This document shows positions 59,362 through 64,000 of a DNA stretch of 64,000 nt, in pieces (position 1 is the first letter of the stretch; every line of letters begins with the position of its first letter). The notes beneath the pieces were generated by a model. That model was given only the letters and a program-made list of their open reading frames with translations. It was not told the origin of the DNA and did no database searches. The position numbers were made by a program, and so were the translations under genes. The DNA is from Alphaproteobacteria bacterium (GTDB taxonomy: Bacteria > Pseudomonadota > Alphaproteobacteria > Rs-D84): positions 45,449 through 109,448 of the forward strand of contig JAFVOS010000011.1 in assembly GCA_017505705.1 (NCBI GenBank). Direction: 5' to 3'.

Positions 59362-60552
59362 TTATCTTTTTTCTGCCAATAAAATGACTGTTGCCAAAAC
59401 ACCAACCATGGCTGATATCCACCACACAGCAGACGTCACACCAGCCACTGAAATCACCCCTGCTGCCAACGCCGGCACGATTACACTTGGCAAATTTGCA
59501 CTGGTTCTGAACACACCATAAAATTTTGTCTGTTGTGTTTTTTTCACATTATCAAAGAACAATAAATCATGCACAGATTCCATCAGTGCGCCCGATACCT
59601 GCCACGCAATAAATATCACCAGCAAGGAATATCCAGTCGCCATCGTCGCCATTGCGGCCAAGCCTGCAAACGACAAAAAACCAATCGTCAGCCACAATTT
59701 GTTTCCATAATTTTTGGCCAATCGTCCCATTGTCTCACTCAGCAACAGATATGGCACAATCCCCAGTGTCAGCACCCATCCCAATGTATCTTTGGAAAAA
59801 CCTGCTTCTATAACCAGAATCGGCACATATAACACCCGCAACGCACGCAAAGAATAATAGCCAAAATTCACCAAATACGCACGTGTCATACCATCTGTTT
59901 GGAAAAAAGCGACTGTATTTTTCCACAATGCACGAAATGTCCGTCGTGGATTAACCGGCTTAATTTTTTTATCCTGTTGAACAATGGCAAAGTACTTAAA
60001 CATCCCCCACCCTGCCAGATATATCATCGCCGACGCCATAAACGCAGACCGATTGGTACCAAAATAATCAGCAATCGCCACCGCCACCATTGGTGCAAAC
60101 AACGCCCCAATATTCAGCCACAAATGATACCTGGCGTTCAGGCGTGCCATACCAATATTTCTTGAAAAATCAGACATAAACAATGGTATCAACATACCAA
60201 CCAGTGTTGCTGCAATACCACTGGTATAATCCAGTATAATAAACGTGCGTGGTAATACAGAAAAACTCATCATCGCATAACACGCCGCCATCATTAACAT
60301 AACAAAATAAAACACACGCACTTTTGAAAAACGTCTGAATACTTCATTTGCAAACAATCCAACAAACAAACAGAACGCAGAATATAATGCAACATACAAA
60401 CCAACCGTTGCCGACGATCTGAAAATATCTAAAATAACCAACGAATAAACGGCATTATAAATACCATCTGCAAAACCTGTAAACAGCCCCAGATTTGCAA
60501 ACGAAAACCCACTGACCTTATTACTTACTGAAATATATTTATCTTTTGCCAT
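59362..60552 (-). CDS. MFS transporter
   Basis: 396 aa with twelve predicted TM segments. MFS loop 2-3 motif-like (…FANEVFRRFSKVR…). Confidence 0.7.
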   Translation of the reverse strand: MAKDKYISVSNKVSGFSFANLGLFTGFADGIYNAVYSLVILDIFRSSATVGLYVALYSAFCLFVGLFANEVFRRFSKVRVFYFVMLMMAACYAMMSFSVLPRTFIILDYTSGIAATLVGMLIPLFMSDFSRNIGMARLNARYHLWLNIGALFAPMVAVAIADYFGTNRSAFMASAMIYLAGWGMFKYFAIVQQDKKIKPVNPRRTFRALWKNTVAFFQTDGMTRAYLVNFGYYSLRALRVLYVPILVIEAGFSKDTLGWVLTLGIVPYLLLSETMGRLAKNYGNKLWLTIGFLSFAGLAAMATMATGYSLLVIFIAWQVSGALMESVHDLLFFDNVKKTQQTKFYGVFRTSANLPSVIVPALAAGVISVAGVTSAVWWISAMVGVLATVILLAEKR

Positions 60553-60601
60553 AGGTTAAATTATATCACACACACCACCCGCAACAAAACATAATTCTCT
60601 T

Positions 60602-61084
60602 CTATTTTATAAACTGAACCATATTCGTATGTGCCAACGCAATTGCGATTGCATCCGCTTCATCTGGTGTCTTTGGGTGGGCATTTGGCAACAAAATCTG
60701 AACCATTTTATCAACTGCTGATTTATCAGCATGCCCCACCCCTGTCAGGGCTTTTTTTATTTTATTTGGCTCATATTCAAAGATTGGTATATCCTGATTT
60801 GCAACTGCAACAACTGCCGCCGAACGTGCGTGCCCCAAAATCAATGTTGTTTTTGGATTTTTATTAACAAAAATAATTTCGATACTACACTCATCAGGCT
60901 TAAAAGTTTCACAGATTCTTGTTAATTCACGAAAAATAGTCACCAATCGTTCACTCATTTCCATTTTTGGTTTTGGCAAAATCACACCACTGGCAACATA
61001 TTTACGTGACTGCCCTGCGGTATCAACGACCGCCCAACCTGTATGCAACAAACCTGGGTCAATTCCCAACACACGCTTTGTCAT
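60602..61084 (-). CDS. ruvC: Crossover junction endodeoxyribonuclease RuvC
   Basis: 160 aa. MTKRVLGIDPGLLHTGWAVVD... catalytic D7. Other acidic residues conserved (E, D, D). Confidence 0.9.
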   Translation of the reverse strand: MTKRVLGIDPGLLHTGWAVVDTAGQSRKYVASGVILPKPKMEMSERLVTIFRELTRICETFKPDECSIEIIFVNKNPKTTLILGHARSAAVVAVANQDIPIFEYEPNKIKKALTGVGHADKSAVDKMVQILLPNAHPKTPDEADAIAIALAHTNMVQFIK

Positions 61085-61416
61085 TTTCTAAAACTTATTT
61101 TTCCCACTGCATCATAACCAAAGTATTTATTTATACGTTTTGTAATATCATCTGCCATATAAGACAATTGTAATGTATACGCTGGATTTGTTGGTCTGAT
61201 TACGATATTAAATTTATCATCACGCATTTTTTTTATGGCCGCCAATGTTGCCACCGCTGAAATATCAGCCCCCATAATCTCTGCCCAGCGGGCCGCCAGA
61301 TCTGAATCAGACGCACGCATTCCGAACATTTTTAAAAATCCCCCCATAACCCCAGCCATTGTCTGTGGTCGTGCGGCTCTTTTTAAAAACTTGTCATCAT
61401 TATTGTGGTTTGACAT
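61081..61416 (-). CDS. DUF721 (DciA-like) small protein
   Basis: 111 aa. ...WAEIMGADISAVATLAAIKKMRDDKFNIVIRPTNPAYTLQLSYMADDITKRINKYFGYDAVGKISFRK resembles the DUF721 pattern. Judged by eye only. Confidence 0.45.
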   Translation of the reverse strand: MSNHNNDDKFLKRAARPQTMAGVMGGFLKMFGMRASDSDLAARWAEIMGADISAVATLAAIKKMRDDKFNIVIRPTNPAYTLQLSYMADDITKRINKYFGYDAVGKISFRK

Positions 61417-62488
61417 AACTGTAAACTTTCGGCATCAGTATAAACATTTGTCCCTGGGCATGTTGTCCCTGGGCCAACTTATAGGCCTCATCACCCGACC
61501 CAAAGAAAATATCTGCACGAATCCAGCCACGAATTGCACTGCCAGTATCCTGGGCAATCATCAATCGACGGAACGGACGTCCATCTGACAGATTTGTGTT
61601 AATATAAACCGGCAACCCCAACGTATACAAATCATCATCCATTGCGATACTGCGAATCTTAGACAACGGCGTTCCCAATTTACCAACTACATCTGCTGGC
61701 TTTGATTCATAGAAATACACATAACGTGGATTAGTATAAATCACATCACGTGCCAATTTTGGATTTTGTTTTAAATGCATCCATACTGCATCTGCTGAAT
61801 ACCCACCGGCGGGTCTAATCCCACGACGACGCAGTTCTTCGCCAATTGATTTAAACGGCATATCATTAACAGCGGCAAAATTTAACTTAACATTCGTACC
61901 ATCATCCAACCGCAACACCCCAGATCCCTGAATCTGAATATTTTGTACATCGACAACATTAGCCCAATATAAAACACGTCCAATTTGCTTTTCTACAATA
62001 TCCTTCTTTGCCACCCCCTTGTAATTACGACCATCTGTTGGGATTCCCATCAGCGGTTCATTACATTGCGCCGTCTTTGTTCTGCACCCCGGGATAACAG
62101 GTGAATAATATCCCGTATACGTTCCTTTATCACCACCATTATCATTATAGATTTGATATGGCTGAAAATGGGATTCGAACCATGCCCGCACAGTCTTTAT
62201 ATCTGCTGACGCACTGGGCAGCATGCGACATTTTTCTGCGAATAGTTCTTTATCAGGGATAACACGCCCAACATACTGAATTTTTGCCCGACAAGAATTA
62301 CGAAACGCCTGCAACGCATAGCGCACATCATCATCACGCCACCCTGGCATCTGTGAATAAGACACCTTTTTAAAATTAGCCGGCAACACAGAATTATCAG
62401 ATGACGATGTCGGCGTTGACAAATCACAAGACGCCAGCACAAACACAGCACACACCGCCAAAAACGCACGCACAACTAAATTTCTCAT
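61400..62488 (-). CDS. mltA: Membrane-bound lytic murein transglycosylase A (MltA), lipoprotein
   Basis: 362 aa. Lipobox LASC. MltA-specific domain and 3D domain (...YWANVVDVQNIQIQGSGVLRLDDG..., ...AQDTGSAIRG...). Confidence 0.8.
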   Translation of the reverse strand: MRNLVVRAFLAVCAVFVLASCDLSTPTSSSDNSVLPANFKKVSYSQMPGWRDDDVRYALQAFRNSCRAKIQYVGRVIPDKELFAEKCRMLPSASADIKTVRAWFESHFQPYQIYNDNGGDKGTYTGYYSPVIPGCRTKTAQCNEPLMGIPTDGRNYKGVAKKDIVEKQIGRVLYWANVVDVQNIQIQGSGVLRLDDGTNVKLNFAAVNDMPFKSIGEELRRRGIRPAGGYSADAVWMHLKQNPKLARDVIYTNPRYVYFYESKPADVVGKLGTPLSKIRSIAMDDDLYTLGLPVYINTNLSDGRPFRRLMIAQDTGSAIRGWIRADIFFGSGDEAYKLAQGQHAQGQMFILMPKVYSYVKPQ

Positions 62489-62592
62489 TTTTTACCCATC
62501 CCCCACTTGTAAAATAAATTTATAATGTTATATTATCATAAAAGGCAAACCTAAGTCCAGTGTCTTGAACCGCCAGAAAAGGAGATAAAATA

Positions 62593-63018
62593 ATGGCAAA
62601 ATTCAATATTATTTCACAGTTTTTAAAAGACATTTCTTTTGAAAGCCCTAATGTTCCAGAACTGTTTTTTAAACAAGAAAACAACCAAGCTAAGATGGAA
62701 ATAAATATCGACCTTCAGGTTAAGGGCGCAGAAAACAATCTGTTCATGGTTGATTTGATTGTAAAGGTTCATTCAAAACTGAACGAAGGCGACAAATCAA
62801 TATTCTTGATTGAATCAACATATTCTGGTCTGGTTCAAATGGAAGAAGAAAAAGACGACGAAGTTAAAAAGCGCACATTACTGATTGATGTTCCAACATT
62901 GTTGTTCCCAGCAGTGCGTGGCCTGATTACACGTTTAACAAGTGAATCTGGCTTTCCTGCATTTTCTATGCAACCTGTTGACTTTGCGCAACTGTATGAA
63001 CAAAAACAAGCAAAATAA
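62593..63018 (+). CDS. secB: Protein-export chaperone SecB
   Basis: 141 aa. MAKFNIISQFLKDISFESPNVPELF... is the SecB N-terminus. Acidic C-terminal tail. Confidence 0.85.
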   Translation: MAKFNIISQFLKDISFESPNVPELFFKQENNQAKMEINIDLQVKGAENNLFMVDLIVKVHSKLNEGDKSIFLIESTYSGLVQMEEEKDDEVKKRTLLIDVPTLLFPAVRGLITRLTSESGFPAFSMQPVDFAQLYEQKQAK

Positions 63019-63048
63019 AAAAACCGCCATTTGGCGGTTTTTTTATTT
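63019..63048. terminator. Bidirectional terminator hairpin
   Basis: aaaaaaCCGCCAtttGGCGGttttttta between convergent secB and mnmE. Confidence 0.8.
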
Positions 63049-64000
63049 ACCCAAACACAACTGACCAAACGTCATATCCAGTATTTCATCCGCACTGATT
63101 GTTCCTAATATCTTTCCAATCGCATCCGCTGCACACCGCACATGTTCCGCCAAGATATCGTAATTATCCCCTGCTGCAATTGCATTTGCCAACTCGCCAT
63201 ATGCGGTTTCCAGCAACACCTTGGTACGTGCATTTATCGACAAATCTGATTCACGCCCATCAAAAATTTCATGAATTTTTTGACAGATTTTATCCATCAA
63301 CAGATCCATACCTTCACCTGTTTTTGCAGATGTATAAATTACGTTTTTTATATCTTGCGATTTTATGGTATCTGACTTGTTTATAACAATAATTTCATTC
63401 GCACCCGAACCAGTCTGTCCTATGTTTTCCGGCGTATAGACAGAAATTATAATATCTGCATTTTCAATTTCATTTTTTGTTCTTTCTATACCAATCGATT
63501 CAATTTTATCTGTTGTTTCACGAATACCAGCGGTATCCGACAGATTCACCATATATCCATCAATATCAATCATCGACGACACCACATCACGTGTGGTACC
63601 GGCAACATCTGACACAATTGCACGATTTGATCCAACCAAGTGATTAAATATAGAAGATTTACCAACATTTGTTTGACCAACCAGCGCAATATTCACCCCA
63701 CCACGAATTGCACGTGATGTACGATATTCACCCAACGCTGCGCCAATTTCTTCATATAATTTTTTCACACGTTTTTTTATCGTTTCATCAATATTAGCCG
63801 GCAAATCATCTGGACTGTAATCCAGCATTGCCGCCGCATACGCAGATATTTCAACCATCTGGCTGCGCCAATTATTATATATTTCGCTGTCCCGTCCCAT
63901 CATAGATTGCAATGCGTGCTTACGCTGTTTATCAGTCTGGGCATCCAGCAACGCCGCCAATCCATCAACATCCGCCAAATCCATCTTATTATTATAGAAC
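63043..64000 (-). CDS. mnmE: tRNA modification GTPase MnmE (TrmE), C-terminal ~318 aa; N-terminus lies beyond window end
   Basis: G-domain ...IALVGQTNVGKSSIFNHLVG...DTAGIRET... and C-terminal ...LGQLCLGK (CxGK tail). The ORF is open at the right edge. Confidence 0.85.
   Translation of the reverse strand, partial: FYNNKMDLADVDGLAALLDAQTDKQRKHALQSMMGRDSEIYNNWRSQMVEISAYAAAMLDYSPDDLPANIDETIKKRVKKLYEEIGAALGEYRTSRAIRGGVNIALVGQTNVGKSSIFNHLVGSNRAIVSDVAGTTRDVVSSMIDIDGYMVNLSDTAGIRETTDKIESIGIERTKNEIENADIIISVYTPENIGQTGSGANEIIVINKSDTIKSQDIKNVIYTSAKTGEGMDLLMDKICQKIHEIFDGRESDLSINARTKVLLETAYGELANAIAAGDNYDILAEHVRCAADAIGKILGTISADEILDMTFGQLCLGK

Noticed and set aside
1-64000. CRISPR arrays, IS elements/transposases, integrases, prophage genes, rRNA genes
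   Set aside because: No regularly spaced direct repeats were seen. No DDE/HUH transposase or phage structural motifs appeared in any long ORF. The only recombinase has XerC/D hallmarks and a chromosomal context.

Overview
This 64 kb window is an A+T-rich bacterial chromosome segment that is densely coding and mostly transcribed on the minus strand. Most of it is housekeeping.

Several features point to an alphaproteobacterium with a reduced, host-associated genome of the Rickettsiales/Holosporales type (inference only). These are the MucR/Ros regulator, an alpha-type ribbon-helix-helix (RHH) protein with the 'SLSGHQTS' motif, a J-domain/zinc-ribbon protein, scattered cell-division genes, many degenerate or truncated core proteins, and uniform bidirectional hairpin terminators.

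Core genes recognised:
- tRNA and metabolism: tRNA-Lys(CUU), lldD-like FMN dehydrogenase, nrnA, trxA, trxB, plsY, rpsT.
- Protein export and envelope: tatB-tatC, a separate tatA, lolA-like, nlpD-like LysM/M23, yajC-secD-secF, secB, lptF/G, mltA, a PAP2 phosphatase, an S41 peptidase homolog.
- Replication, repair and division: dnaA, dprA, recJ, recA, ruvC, mutL, ftsK, ftsL-ftsI, xerD-like recombinase, rarA, a DUF721/DciA-like protein.
- Fe-S assembly: sufS-sufT-sufE.
- Transcription and translation: dksA-like, greA, mucR-like, thrS, gltX, serS, trmB, an mnmE fragment.
- Others: hlyIII, an MFS transporter.

Accessory or unusual content:
- A cysteine-rich secreted protein (12.2–13.6 kb) sits between dnaA and dksA and is flanked by inverted copies of one hairpin.
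- Two tandem paralogous Cys-rich secreted proteins (21.6–23.7 kb) carry eukaryote-like CxCxxGYYG repeats and share a ~129 bp near-identical 3' tract.
- Five uncharacterised genes (26.8–29.7 kb) comprise a four-gene translationally coupled operon, whose products are a membrane protein, a 166 aa protein, a 144 aa SMI1/KNR4-like protein and an RHH protein, plus a divergent 224 aa gene.
- There is an apparent in-frame YbeY–Lnt fusion.
- A membrane-anchored GH24-lysozyme-like/TPR protein lies next to mucR.
- Zinc-ligand residues are lost in both DksA and MucR.
- A six-gene glycosyltransferase island (52.3–58.0 kb) contains a frameshifted GT4.

No CRISPR array, IS element, transposase or rRNA gene was recognised.
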